From Candidatus Poribacteria bacterium (GTDB lineage Bacteria > Poribacteria > WGA-4E > PCPOR2b): a stretch of 64,000 bases of DNA. Position numbers and translations under genes: made by a program. This document shows positions 40,927 through 51,504 of this stretch, piece by piece; positions within the stretch are counted from its first letter, which is position 1, and each line of letters starts with the position of its first letter. The stretch covers positions 3,936,001 through 4,000,000 of the forward strand of contig OZ244042.1 of assembly GCA_965215015.1 (NCBI GenBank). The letters run 5' to 3'. Under the pieces are notes generated by a model. The model had not been told where the DNA came from. It saw only the letters and a list, made by a program, of their open reading frames with translations, and made no database searches.

Positions 40927-43647
40927 ATGGCAAATCAATACGATTTTCAAGAGGTTGGAAGACTACCGGCATTGGACGATAACGTGGCGATTGCCACACG
41001 AAGGGTAGACGCGGGCGCAGAGATTAACCACAATGGTCATGGTTTCACCATATCTCATACAATTTTAGAGGGGCACCGATTCGTAATTCAGGCAATCCCT
41101 GAAGGGGCACCGCTGCTATCGTGGGGACTGCCTTTCGGCGTTGCAATCGCTGACTTGCACCCCGGCGACTATGCCTGCAACCAGAAAATCCTTGATGCCC
41201 TTGCGATACGGGATATCGACTTCGTACTGCCATCCCATCCAAACTTCAAAGATCAGATTGCTCCCTACATCCTTGATGAGGACATATTCCAGCCGGGGGC
41301 TCAAGTGCCTCGATATGACCACGATAGGTCTTTCCTCGGCTATCAGCGGGCCGGAGGGCGTGGCGTCGGAACACGAAATTATATCGTTATCATGGGGACA
41401 ACCTCCCAGAATTCTAGCTATGCGAAAACGCTTGCTGCCCGATTCAAGGAGGTTGGGACAAATTACAAAAACGTTGACGGGGTCGTCGCCGTAACGCACA
41501 CTGAAGGCGGGGAAAGCACAACACCCAACAACCTTGAGATGTTGCTTCGGACGCTCGCCGGTTTTACTATCCACCCCAACATCGGGGCAGTTCTAGCTGT
41601 TGATTACGGTTCGGAGGTAGTGACGAATCAGATGCTTCAGCGTTATATGGCAGAAAATAACTATCCATTGGAGGCGGTGCCACACCGCTTTCTGAGTATA
41701 CAGGGCGGGTTTGATGCCAGTTTAGATGCAGGAGAGACGATCATCAAAGAATGGTTAGATTCAGTAAACGCAATGGAGCGTACCGAGGAATCTCTCTCTA
41801 ACCTGAAGATCGCACTTCAGTGTGGCGGTTCGGACGCATTCTCTGGTGTATCGGGCAACCCACTGGCAGCCTACGTTGCGAAAGAGGTTATCCGTTACGG
41901 TGGTGTCGCTAACCTTGCAGAAACCGATGAGTTAATCGGCGCCGAGCCGTATGTGCTTCAGAATGCCAGAGATTTTAAGACCGCTCGCCAATTTTTAGAC
42001 ACAATTGAGCGATTTAAGGAACGGGCACACTGGCACGGTCATACCGCCGAAGCCAATCCCTCTGGCGGAAATAATTTTCGGGGGTTATATAATATTGTTA
42101 TCAAATCAATTGGTGCCGCGATGAAACGCGATCCGGAGGTCTGCCTTGATTACGTCATTGATTACGGAGAACAGATGCTCGCACCGGGCTACTATTTTAT
42201 GGACAGCCCTGGGAATGACCTTGAAAGCATCGCAGGACAGATAGCTTCAGGTTCAAACATGATTTTCTTTGTCACAGGTAACGGATCCATTACGAATTTC
42301 CCCTTTGTGCCGACAATCAAGATTGTTACCACCACCGGGCGATACGAAATGTTGGAGAACGATATGGATGTCAACGCCGGTGCTTACCAAGATGGCACAC
42401 CGATGGAGGAATTGGGACAGCAGATGCTCGATCTCACCGTCAACGTTGCTGCTGGAGAGCGATCTATCGGGGAAAAAGCAGGCCATTCGCAGGTGTCAAT
42501 CTGGCGGAATTGGAAGCAGACGGGACCTGTCAATCCAGAGACAGTACTCTCCATCGAAGCTCCAACTGGTAAACCAATTCCAATTCAACTCGATGTCCCA
42601 CCATCTGAACACACTTTTAGTGCCATACAGACCGACCGCGGCTACCGCAGCGATCAGATCGGGTTGGTCTTACCGACGAGCCTCTGCTCCGGTCAGATTG
42701 CTCAGATGATTGCTGACCGGCTTAATCAAAAAGGACTTGGACGCGAACACGGCATTTCGCGCTATGTTGCGTTGGCACATACGGAGGGCTGTGGTGTATC
42801 GGGGGGTAACTCGGAAGACATCTACAGACGTACACTCATCGGACATCTGATACATCCAATGGTCGCGCTCGGTTTGCCTCTAGAACATGGCTGTGAAAAG
42901 ACCCATAACGACTACATACGCCACGCACTCACAGAACAAGGTATCCCACTTGAGCAGTACGGTTGGGCGAGTGTGCAGCTGGATGGCGGCATCGATGTCG
43001 TGCTCCAAAAGGTGGAAGATTGGTTCAGTCGGTCTGTATCGTTAATGCCTCAACCTGATTATGCTGATGTCGGGTTGGAACACCTTCGGATTGGACTGAT
43101 GTCGAACGGAAAAGTGACGGAAACGGCAGCGCAAAGTCTAGCACATCTGACCCAAACCATTGCTGGTGCGGGCGGAACAATTGTCATTCCCGCGAATGCG
43201 ACCTTCCTAACCTCGCCCGCCTATGTAGCACATGCTCTTGGAACCTCTTCTCAAGCTTCATTGCAGAATACTCTTTCCTACGGTCAAAGTCTTACCGAGC
43301 CTGGATTTCACATCATGGAAGCTCCCACCGATCACGTTGTGGAAACGTTAACCGGATTGGGGGCGACGGGTGTTGATCTGATGTTCGCCCATGTTGTGGG
43401 GCATCCCCTTCAGGCACACCGTATGATTCCACTAATCCAAGCTACGACGGAGGGGGCTACAGGGTCAATCTACGAAGCAGATCTCGATCTCCTACCGGCC
43501 GATGTGGATTGGACGCCGGAGGGCTTTTCAGCACAAATGCTGGAAATCATCTTAGAGGTTGCTTCGCGCCGATACACACCCAAACTGTATGAAAAAGGAA
43601 ACACAGATTTCCAATTTACGCGCGGATTGCTCGGCATTTCAATGTAA
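40927..43647 (+). CDS. UxaA/GarD family sugar-acid dehydratase with internal duplication
   Basis: SAF domain (DNVAIA), GTRNYI, QCGGSDAFSG, ANPSGGN; second partial copy from about aa 570. Confidence 0.9.
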   Translation: MANQYDFQEVGRLPALDDNVAIATRRVDAGAEINHNGHGFTISHTILEGHRFVIQAIPEGAPLLSWGLPFGVAIADLHPGDYACNQKILDALAIRDIDFVLPSHPNFKDQIAPYILDEDIFQPGAQVPRYDHDRSFLGYQRAGGRGVGTRNYIVIMGTTSQNSSYAKTLAARFKEVGTNYKNVDGVVAVTHTEGGESTTPNNLEMLLRTLAGFTIHPNIGAVLAVDYGSEVVTNQMLQRYMAENNYPLEAVPHRFLSIQGGFDASLDAGETIIKEWLDSVNAMERTEESLSNLKIALQCGGSDAFSGVSGNPLAAYVAKEVIRYGGVANLAETDELIGAEPYVLQNARDFKTARQFLDTIERFKERAHWHGHTAEANPSGGNNFRGLYNIVIKSIGAAMKRDPEVCLDYVIDYGEQMLAPGYYFMDSPGNDLESIAGQIASGSNMIFFVTGNGSITNFPFVPTIKIVTTTGRYEMLENDMDVNAGAYQDGTPMEELGQQMLDLTVNVAAGERSIGEKAGHSQVSIWRNWKQTGPVNPETVLSIEAPTGKPIPIQLDVPPSEHTFSAIQTDRGYRSDQIGLVLPTSLCSGQIAQMIADRLNQKGLGREHGISRYVALAHTEGCGVSGGNSEDIYRRTLIGHLIHPMVALGLPLEHGCEKTHNDYIRHALTEQGIPLEQYGWASVQLDGGIDVVLQKVEDWFSRSVSLMPQPDYADVGLEHLRIGLMSNGKVTETAAQSLAHLTQTIAGAGGTIVIPANATFLTSPAYVAHALGTSSQASLQNTLSYGQSLTEPGFHIMEAPTDHVVETLTGLGATGVDLMFAHVVGHPLQAHRMIPLIQATTEGATGSIYEADLDLLPADVDWTPEGFSAQMLEIILEVASRRYTPKLYEKGNTDFQFTRGLLGISM

Positions 43648-43692
43648 AATAAAATCCATTTTCAATGGATCATTAACCGTTATGCCAATGAC

Positions 43693-43947
43693 GGTATGCG
43701 GAGCGTACCTGCTACTTTGGGCTGAACTCTAGCCGCCCGACGAATCGGGCGTTGAGAGGCAGCTTCACCGAATCTGTAATCGTGGGGTAGAACCTACCCT
43801 CGCTGAAATCGGGGTTTCCTAAACTACGAAATGCACGAATATAGGCCTTCTATCGGTTGATTTTGGTAAATCGAGACTATGGACATTTGGGTGTCGAGAT
43901 ATGAATCCCGACCTACAAGGCTTCGAGGGGTCAGCTGCGTAAGTCCT
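43693..43947. repeat. Cluster of GTAG/CTAC REP-like palindromes and a MITE end
   Basis: GGTATGCGGAGCGTACCTGCTAC, CGCCCGACGAATCGGGCG, GTCGAGATATGAATCCCGACCTAC, TGCGTAAGTCCT. Confidence 0.6.
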
Positions 43948-44023
43948 AACTCTTGACTCAGGTGCATTGGTTCATTAATGAACTATCGGTGTCGTTCAAC
44001 TCAACTTACACGTGATTTTGAAC

Positions 44024-44052
44024 TTGACCGACATATATGGTCATGCTATCAT
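44024..44052 (+). promoter_or_regulatory. Sigma70 promoter overlapped by an inverted repeat
   Basis: TTGACC-17-TATCAT; TGACC-N9-GGTCA. Confidence 0.55.
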
Positions 44053-44115
44053 TAGATTAGGAAGTGTCTTTCCGCGTTTGGAACATGTCCTAATAAATTA
44101 ATTGGGGAGAAAACC

Positions 44116-45240
44116 GTGAAAATCGTAGATCTCAAAGTATTTCCTGTGGGTCAGTTCATATACGTTAAGATCGTAACTGACGAAGGAATATATGGCATTG
44201 GAGAAGCCTCATTAAGCGGCAGATCGTTAGCTGTTGTTGGGGCATTGAAACACCATATTAAACCGCTTCTGATTGGGCAGGATGCCACCCGTATCGAGCA
44301 TATATGGCAGGACATCTTCCGCGGAACGTTCTGGCGCGGTGGGCCCGTGCTACAATCTGCGCTTGCTGGGGTTGACATTGCGCTGTGGGATTTAGCGGGC
44401 AAGGCACTTGGTGTGCCGACGTACCGGCTACTTGGCGGGGCAACGCGGGATAAGGTGCTCGTCTATCGGCATACTGGTGGAGGTACACCGGAACAACTCA
44501 TTGAGCATGCACAGCAACAGTTGGCAGAGGGGTGGAAAGTCCTACGAATTTCACCGATTGATACCATTGAGGGCGGCTTTAATCAAAAGCGCGCAGTCAT
44601 GCGTGGCGTTGAGCATTTTAGCGCGTTGCGGGAGGGAATCGGTGACGAGGCTGAAGTTATCTTTGAGGTACATACTCGCCTGACGCCAACCCGCGCTATT
44701 GAGTTGTGCAATGCGATTGAGGAATATCAGCCATTCTTTGTCGAAGATCCCATCCGTTCCGAGAACCCGGCATCGTTTGCGACGCTACGTGAGCATACAA
44801 ATGTCCCGATTGGCACCGGCGAACAACTCCCGACAAAATGGATGTTTCGAGAACTGATTGAGCAGGAATTAATCGACTACATTCGAGTCGATATCTGTCA
44901 CAGCGGCGGAATCACCGAAGGGAAGAAAATTGCGACGATGGCGGAAGTTCATTATCAAGAACTCGCCTGTCACTACACCTCAAGTCCCGTCAGCTCGGCA
45001 GCGATGTTGCATCTGAATATGTCGATTCCCAACTGCGCGGTGCAGGAGTACGCCCCATCGTCAGATTGGATGAACGCGGTCATCCAACACGATCTGCAGA
45101 CAGAGGATGGATATCTCCTCGCCCCTGAGGCTCCGGGCTTGGGAATTGACCTGAACGAAGAAGCCGCAGCTGCCTACCCACCCACACCGGGTGAACCCCC
45201 ACATTTGCGACGGGAGGATGGCTCCGTTCAGGATTGGTAA
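44116..45240 (+). CDS. Mandelate racemase/enolase superfamily, galactonate-dehydratase-like
   Basis: GIGEA, DIALWDLAGK, EVH, VEDP, GE, PGLGID, DGSVQDW. Confidence 0.9.
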   Translation: MKIVDLKVFPVGQFIYVKIVTDEGIYGIGEASLSGRSLAVVGALKHHIKPLLIGQDATRIEHIWQDIFRGTFWRGGPVLQSALAGVDIALWDLAGKALGVPTYRLLGGATRDKVLVYRHTGGGTPEQLIEHAQQQLAEGWKVLRISPIDTIEGGFNQKRAVMRGVEHFSALREGIGDEAEVIFEVHTRLTPTRAIELCNAIEEYQPFFVEDPIRSENPASFATLREHTNVPIGTGEQLPTKWMFRELIEQELIDYIRVDICHSGGITEGKKIATMAEVHYQELACHYTSSPVSSAAMLHLNMSIPNCAVQEYAPSSDWMNAVIQHDLQTEDGYLLAPEAPGLGIDLNEEAAAAYPPTPGEPPHLRREDGSVQDW

Positions 45241-45412
45241 TCAAGGGGCGTCTCGGTAAATCGGGAGTTGGCTCCGCTCACCCCAAGCCGCAGAGACCGC
45301 TCGGCTTGGATTGCTAAATCCAAGTTCCAACTGATAGATGTGCTGTGGATTTGCCAATCCATAGCGATCGAGACTATCAAGCCTTTTTATGTTGTACTAC
45401 AGGAGACACGGT

Positions 45413-47392
45413 ATGCCGTTTCCCCACCTTTTTTCTCCAATACAGGTTGATTCATTACAACTAAAAAATCGCGTTGTCTTGGCACCTCTGGATGTGGGAC
45501 TGCACGATCCGGAGGGGCATGTCACCGACCGTTATATAGATTTTCTGGTTGAACGGGCAAAGGGCGAAACTAGCCTGATTATCACTGAATTTACTTCCGT
45601 GTGGCCCGAACAACGTGTAATCACCACAGCGGTTTGGGACGATAAATTCGTCCCAGGGCTGATGCACATGGCAGAAGCGGTCAAAGCTGCCGGATCCAAG
45701 ATATTCATGCAGATCGCCGTACTGGGCGGCAAATCGTATGTTGACCCCTTTGCGCCCTCCGCAATTGAAAGCGAGCTCTATACCGAGGTTCCGCGTGAAA
45801 TGACGGTTGATGATATTAAAAGGGTAATAGAGGCGTTCATCTTGGGAGCAGCGCGGGCGAAACGCGCCGGTTTCGACGGGGTCGAGTATCACTGTGCACA
45901 TTCTTATCTCGGTGGACAGTTTATGTCACCCCACACGAATCGACGAGATGATGATTATGGCGGTGATTTTGAACGACGTATGCGGTTTGGCACTGAAATC
46001 GTCACGGGGATCAAGCAGGTCTGTGGTAAAGATTTTCCAGTCGGTTTTAAGTTCAGTGCACATGAACATCTCCATGGCGGCGTGAATGACCGATACGATG
46101 AAAAAATAAAAGATGACCTTCATTTACGAATTGCGGAATATATGGAAAATCTTGGCGTTGCTTACCTGCATGTGGCAACCACTTCTGCAACGATTATGCA
46201 GGTCAAAGGATTCGTGGAATGTACCCATCCATCTGTGCCGCCGCTTTATATCAAGCCTAACACGCTGGTTGATTTGGCAGAGGAGATTAAGCGGAACCGT
46301 GCGAAAATCCCTGTCATCGCTACAGGCGGAATTACTGACCCCGTACATGCAGAGGAAATTATTTCGCAGGCACGCGCTGATATGGTTGCGCTTGGCCGCA
46401 CACTGATTGCTGATCCGCACTGGGCGAAGAAAGCACATGCAGGAGAGAATATTGTTCCGTGTATTCGATGTAATTTTTGTCACACCTTCGTGGTCATGGA
46501 TCGCGGCGGCGTGCAGTGCACAACGAACCCCATCGTCGGCAGAGAAAAACTAATTGGATTCAACAAAACGGATTCACCCAAAAAAGTGGTCGTTGTCGGA
46601 GCGGGTCCGGGCGGTCTGGAGGCGGGTTTGCGTGCTAAGGGGATGGGGCACGATGTTGTCGTCTACGAAAAACGGGATGTGATTGGTGGAGAGATGATTT
46701 CGGCATCAATCCCCGATTTCAAGTGGGATATTAAACGCCTGCTCCACTATTATATTACGGAAGTTCAGAAGGTGGGCTTGGAGGTTCGTACAGGAACAAC
46801 GGTTACACTGGATACACTAAAAGCCGACGACCCGGATATAGTTATCCTTGCAATGGGGGGTGAAGCAATTATTCCGAATATCCCCGGGATTAATGGAGAC
46901 AACGTTATCACCGCAATTGACGCGATAGTACGTTGGGATGAACTGAACATCGGTGAACGGGTCATGGTGCTCGGTGCAGGTCTTGTCGGATATGAGGTTG
47001 CATGGTTTGCCGCGCAGCAAGGACGCGATGTTGTTCTAGTCTCACGCCGAAGCGAAGAAGATGTGATTAAATTAAAGGAGCATGGTACAAATTTGGCGGT
47101 GCTTAGAAAAGGCGTGCGGGACTCAGGGGCAAAGATATTGGCAAGTCGTGAACTGAAACGGATTGACAAGACGGAGGTTGTGCTCACCAGGGACGATGGG
47201 ACGGAGGAATGCCAGCCCATTGACAGCCTGATAATCAGTCGCGGCTATACGCCACGAAGAGGACTCAAACGAGATATTGAAGCCGCTGGCCTGCGCTGTA
47301 AGGTTTACGAAGTAGGTGACTGTGTTGAAATCCGAAATTTCTTTGATGCAATTAATGAAGGAGCGCATGTGGTGCGGGAGAAACTTGGATGA
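45413..47392 (+). CDS. NADH:flavin oxidoreductase (OYE barrel plus FAD domain; FadH/BaiCD-like)
   Basis: LKNRVVLAP, HCAHSYL, NRRDDDYGG, CIRCNFC, GAGPGG; RBS AGGAG. Confidence 0.93.
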   Translation: MPFPHLFSPIQVDSLQLKNRVVLAPLDVGLHDPEGHVTDRYIDFLVERAKGETSLIITEFTSVWPEQRVITTAVWDDKFVPGLMHMAEAVKAAGSKIFMQIAVLGGKSYVDPFAPSAIESELYTEVPREMTVDDIKRVIEAFILGAARAKRAGFDGVEYHCAHSYLGGQFMSPHTNRRDDDYGGDFERRMRFGTEIVTGIKQVCGKDFPVGFKFSAHEHLHGGVNDRYDEKIKDDLHLRIAEYMENLGVAYLHVATTSATIMQVKGFVECTHPSVPPLYIKPNTLVDLAEEIKRNRAKIPVIATGGITDPVHAEEIISQARADMVALGRTLIADPHWAKKAHAGENIVPCIRCNFCHTFVVMDRGGVQCTTNPIVGREKLIGFNKTDSPKKVVVVGAGPGGLEAGLRAKGMGHDVVVYEKRDVIGGEMISASIPDFKWDIKRLLHYYITEVQKVGLEVRTGTTVTLDTLKADDPDIVILAMGGEAIIPNIPGINGDNVITAIDAIVRWDELNIGERVMVLGAGLVGYEVAWFAAQQGRDVVLVSRRSEEDVIKLKEHGTNLAVLRKGVRDSGAKILASRELKRIDKTEVVLTRDDGTEECQPIDSLIISRGYTPRRGLKRDIEAAGLRCKVYEVGDCVEIRNFFDAINEGAHVVREKLG

Positions 47393-47406
47393 TCGAGTCC
47401 GTGTAT

Positions 47407-47486
47407 GTAGGGACAACTCTTGTGGTTGCCCTTATGCCTATATAATATTATAGAATTGTAGGGGCAGGCACAAGACCTGCCCCTAC
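47407..47486. repeat. Two GTAG-family REP palindromes
   Basis: GTAGGGACAACTCTTGTGGTTGCCCT and GTAGGGGCAGGCACAAGACCTGCCCCTAC. Confidence 0.75.
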
Positions 47487-47502
47487 TAATAACGGAGGAA
47501 CA

Positions 47503-48951
47503 ATGATGTATTTGAGATCGGGTCAACCCAAAATCAGGAGGGAGATTTTCGTTTGGTTTATAGTCGTTGTTTTGGGAGGTGGGGGCATCATATTGGAAAG
47601 CACCGCAGAACACGATTGGACCGAACAAATTGCCGCTTTCAAACCGATGGTTGTGAATGTCGAGACCTCTTCGGAGGTTGTGTTTGAAACAGAGGCGAAG
47701 GGGACCAGTTTCGCCACCGGCTTCATCATTGATGCTGAGCACGGAATTATCGCGACCAATCGGCATGTTACTGGCAGCAGCCCGTCTTATGTTAAGATTA
47801 ACTTCTACGACGGTAGCTTTACGGAAGCACAGGTGCTTTACTATGATCCGACGCACGATTTCGGTTTTTACAAGATCGACCCGAAGGAAGTGCTGTTTGA
47901 TCTCCAAGCCGTGCAACTCGGTTCTTGGCGGAATCTTGCGCTGGGGGCTGAACTACTCCTAATCGGTAATAATGAGAAGGAGGAGTATTCCATCAAGTTT
48001 GGCACGGTTGCCAATCTCAACGTGAACAAAGGGGATCGGCATTCCAGCTACATCCATACAACATTTGATCGCACGGGTGGATCAAGCGGGAGTCCGGTCT
48101 GGAACACAAAAGGTGAAGTCATCGCCCTCCATGCGCGCGGAACCGATACCTCCAGTTTTGAACTGCCTATCAATTATGTGATCGATGCCCTCAAACAGAT
48201 CCAAAGTGGGGGGACAATTCAACGCGGGGAGATTGGCGTGGATTTGGAGCTAATCTCGATTGGAGAGGCGATTAAGCATTTTGGGCTACCCGAAGCCTCC
48301 CGCGCGGAGATTGGCCCCTCAGATTCAGGAACGCCGAAGGTGATTCAAATTGAGTCGATTATTCCCAAAACGACAAGCGAGGCAAGCCTTCTCGCTTCCG
48401 ATATTATCTACAGGATTAATGGGCAGTTAATTCGTGATGATCTGTATACTTTTGACGCAATCCTCAACGAAAATGCCGGAAAAAATGTGAGCTTGGATAT
48501 CTATCGCAACGGAATGGCTGTAACGGTTGAAGTCTTCGTAGAAGATATCGAGTTAAAAAAAGTTCGTCGGTTTGTCCGTTTCGCCGGATCAGTCTTTCAT
48601 GATATAACCCCTCAACTCAGGCATCTACTCTACTTTGAGGCGGATGGGGTCTACCTCCCACATGCAGATGCGGGGAGTAGCTTTTCCCGCGTTGGCATCC
48701 GCGAGCGCAGCGGTAATTCAAAAGTAGTCATTCTGGAAATCAATGGCCGGGCGATTAGGAATCTCAACGATTTTATCGTTGCCTGTGCGGAAATTTCTGA
48801 TGGACAGCATACCTATGTGGTCATCCGTGACTTCAACCGTTTTGACAGTTCGCCAACCCCCAGAAGTCTGACAATTAACTTGAAATTTGGGCCGCTTGAT
48901 GTATTTGAATGGAATGAGGAGCGTCTCGATTGGGAAACAGTCGAAGAATGA
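47503..48951 (+). CDS. HtrA-type serine protease with PDZ domains, Nma111/Deg7-like
   Basis: ATGF..TNRHV, DPTHDFGF, GGSSGSPV triad; N-terminal hydrophobic anchor. Confidence 0.88.
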   Translation: MMYLRSGQPKIRREIFVWFIVVVLGGGGIILESTAEHDWTEQIAAFKPMVVNVETSSEVVFETEAKGTSFATGFIIDAEHGIIATNRHVTGSSPSYVKINFYDGSFTEAQVLYYDPTHDFGFYKIDPKEVLFDLQAVQLGSWRNLALGAELLLIGNNEKEEYSIKFGTVANLNVNKGDRHSSYIHTTFDRTGGSSGSPVWNTKGEVIALHARGTDTSSFELPINYVIDALKQIQSGGTIQRGEIGVDLELISIGEAIKHFGLPEASRAEIGPSDSGTPKVIQIESIIPKTTSEASLLASDIIYRINGQLIRDDLYTFDAILNENAGKNVSLDIYRNGMAVTVEVFVEDIELKKVRRFVRFAGSVFHDITPQLRHLLYFEADGVYLPHADAGSSFSRVGIRERSGNSKVVILEINGRAIRNLNDFIVACAEISDGQHTYVVIRDFNRFDSSPTPRSLTINLKFGPLDVFEWNEERLDWETVEE

Positions 48952-48991
48952 AATACTAAACGAAATGCACATTTCGATGGAAGGAAATGAA

Positions 48992-50362
48992 ATGCATCGT
49001 ATACCTGTTTTTGTAATCCAAGCAGCATTCTACTTGATGTTATGCTCGCTTGGTCCAGCGATTGGGGACGTTGAAATTGATATTTTCTTGCTGAACACCG
49101 GGTTCTTTTTCGATAATGAAGAACCCCATGGGGAGGTTGTCGGCAAATCGGTGCCTGTACCAACCGCAGAGCAATATGAGGCAAAAGCCAAAACCATCGC
49201 TGAACTCATTGATGCACACGAGACGAATCTCGTCGGTCTCATTGAGGTTGAAAATCGAGCAGTTCTTGAAAAAGTCAAGTCTTACCTCGCGAATCCCGCC
49301 GACTGGCAAATTGCCTTTGATGAAGGTAGGGGTACCTATACCGGTCAAGATGTCGCCATCCTCACCAAATTTCGGATTGTACCGGGAAGTGTGACAAACT
49401 TTCCGGATGAGCGTGAGGTTTTCTTTATCAATGACCAAGAGTATGATGTGAACCCTTCAAAGATTCTGGGCGTCGAATTGAAGGTTGACAATCAACCTTT
49501 CTATGTCCTAATCACTCACCTCATTTCTTGGCACAGCCCGAACGATGCCAAGCGGCTTGCACAAGCTACCGTCGTGCGTCGGCAAGCTGTCAAGGGGTTG
49601 ATGGCAGATAAGAATGTCATCGTCATGGGGAACATGAACGATACACCGGCAACACCGGTAGTTAACCGGCTCCGCGGGTTCGATGACATTTGGGGAGATT
49701 TCCTTCAGACTGCCAATGCAGTTGAAGCGGCGGAGCGGTATACATACATCTACGAAGATCAGAAAAATCTGCTCGACCACATCCTCATCAGTCCTAGTCT
49801 GCACAATGAGTTTCGCAATGTCGAGAAGGGCAAGCGGTGTGAAATTATCGATGTTAATGGGCTATCAAATCACCGCGCAATCCTTGCACGGTTGCGGATT
49901 GTCCATCCTGTTGTTGTTCTCGAAACAGACAAAGGCACCATCGAAATGGAACTCTACCCGGACGTCGCCCCGAAAACTGTTGCCAACTTTATTAAGCTGA
50001 TTAAAATGGGGTTTTACAATGGACTTACCTTTCATCGATATGTGGAAAACTTTGTGATTCAGGGTGGGGATCCGGAGGGTAGTGGTAGAGGGGGCCCCGG
50101 ATGGACGATCCCGGGTGAGTTTCAAAATCCGAAACTCCGCCCGAAGATGCCGCGGCACCGAAAAGGAGTAGTCGCTATGGCACGGGCTAACGATCCTGAC
50201 TCCGCAGGCAGCCAATTTTACATCTGTTTGGATTCAAAGCCCTCTCGCTATTTTAGCCTCAATGGTCAGTATACAACCTTTGGGAAAGTTATTGCCGGGA
50301 TGGATGTGGTCGATCAACTTCGCAAGGGAGATGTGATGAATAGCGTTCGAATAAAAAAATAG
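48992..50362 (+). CDS. Secreted EEP-domain/cyclophilin PPIase fusion
   Basis: Signal peptide; EVEN, GQDVA, GNMND, LDHILIS, SNH; then APKTVANF, FHR, QGGDP, SAGSQFYI. Confidence 0.88.
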   Translation: MHRIPVFVIQAAFYLMLCSLGPAIGDVEIDIFLLNTGFFFDNEEPHGEVVGKSVPVPTAEQYEAKAKTIAELIDAHETNLVGLIEVENRAVLEKVKSYLANPADWQIAFDEGRGTYTGQDVAILTKFRIVPGSVTNFPDEREVFFINDQEYDVNPSKILGVELKVDNQPFYVLITHLISWHSPNDAKRLAQATVVRRQAVKGLMADKNVIVMGNMNDTPATPVVNRLRGFDDIWGDFLQTANAVEAAERYTYIYEDQKNLLDHILISPSLHNEFRNVEKGKRCEIIDVNGLSNHRAILARLRIVHPVVVLETDKGTIEMELYPDVAPKTVANFIKLIKMGFYNGLTFHRYVENFVIQGGDPEGSGRGGPGWTIPGEFQNPKLRPKMPRHRKGVVAMARANDPDSAGSQFYICLDSKPSRYFSLNGQYTTFGKVIAGMDVVDQLRKGDVMNSVRIKK

Positions 50363-50449
50363 ATTATCCCTGCCAACCGAGGGACAGCTATCTCATTACT
50401 GGGATAATACAAAAATCTTTTGCCAACAACATCAAGGAGGTAACAAGAC

Positions 50450-51094
50450 ATGCCAGAATCGTTGAAACAACGTCTACACCAAGGGGGGACCCTCAAAGTC
50501 GCAGGATCTTCCATAGATGCGTCGAGGGGCGAACTCGAAGCCACACTCAGTCAAGATTCCTACGATTTAGTTTCTATTGACAGCCAGCATGCAGCGTTCA
50601 ACGAAGATAGATTGGTTTTATTCTGCGCTATGGCAGCGGAGTTGGGCGTGCCTACCCAGTTTCGTATCAAAAACACGCGGCAGGCGTACCTAATCGGGAA
50701 CTATCTAGACCTAGGACCATTTTCCATTGTGGTGCCACAGGTTGAGGACGAGGAAACGGTCGATGAAGCAATAAACGCCTTCTACTATCCGCCGATCGGA
50801 AAAAGGAGTTGGGGCCCCAGCTCAGGGTACGGTTTCAAACCGGGTATGGAACGACTGGAATACGCCGAATGGTGGAACAACAACGGCATACTCTGTATAC
50901 AACTAGAGTCGGTCAACGCTGTCACCAATGCACGACACCTTGGCAAACCGGGGATTGATATGTTCGTCTTTGGTGCGAATGACCTGAACTTCAGCTTGGA
51001 ATTGTATCCAGACCATCCGTTCAAAACGGTTGAAGATTGTATCCAGCACGTTGCGGAGCAGATGAAGGGTACGCACGTTAAGGTGAATGCCTGA
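50450..51094 (+). CDS. HpcH/HpaI aldolase family protein
   Basis: IDSQH, PQVE, YPPIGKRSWG, QLES, GANDL. Confidence 0.9.
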   Translation: MPESLKQRLHQGGTLKVAGSSIDASRGELEATLSQDSYDLVSIDSQHAAFNEDRLVLFCAMAAELGVPTQFRIKNTRQAYLIGNYLDLGPFSIVVPQVEDEETVDEAINAFYYPPIGKRSWGPSSGYGFKPGMERLEYAEWWNNNGILCIQLESVNAVTNARHLGKPGIDMFVFGANDLNFSLELYPDHPFKTVEDCIQHVAEQMKGTHVKVNA

Positions 51095-51202
51095 AAATGT
51101 GTGAAATGTGATGCGTAAACGCTCACAGGTTTATTAGTATGCCGTAATCCACATACCCGTACGGGCATCTTACCCAATCCTAAGATCCAGCGAGATTAAC
51201 TC

Positions 51203-51233
51203 GTAGAGAGCGGAGATCTCCGCTCCATTTTTT
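51203..51233 (+). terminator. REP-like hairpin with U tract
   Basis: GAGCGGAG-AT-CTCCGCTC then T run; another REP-like unit at 51330-51352. Confidence 0.55.
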
Positions 51234-51504
51234 CCAAAGCCCCGGGGACTGCATCCAAAATCTATCAAGGTTGGTTCAACTTATCAAATGTCAACACGCC
51301 CTAATTATTGAAAGACCATCAATTTTGTTGTAGGGGCGGAGTTTCCCCGCCCGTCAAGTGCTCTACCTTTCGTCCCAGTTTTGAATTCTGAAGATACCCA
51401 CACCGTCGCGTGATAATATTGGCTCAGTTCATCAGAAATTGTAACGCAACCCCCTTTTCCTTATCTGAAACGATGTTCTGCAGAAGCTAAGCTGCGGTTA
51501 AATC

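Noticed and set aside
47305-47916. 203-aa minus-strand ORF
   Set aside because: Antisense to the protease and runs through REP units.
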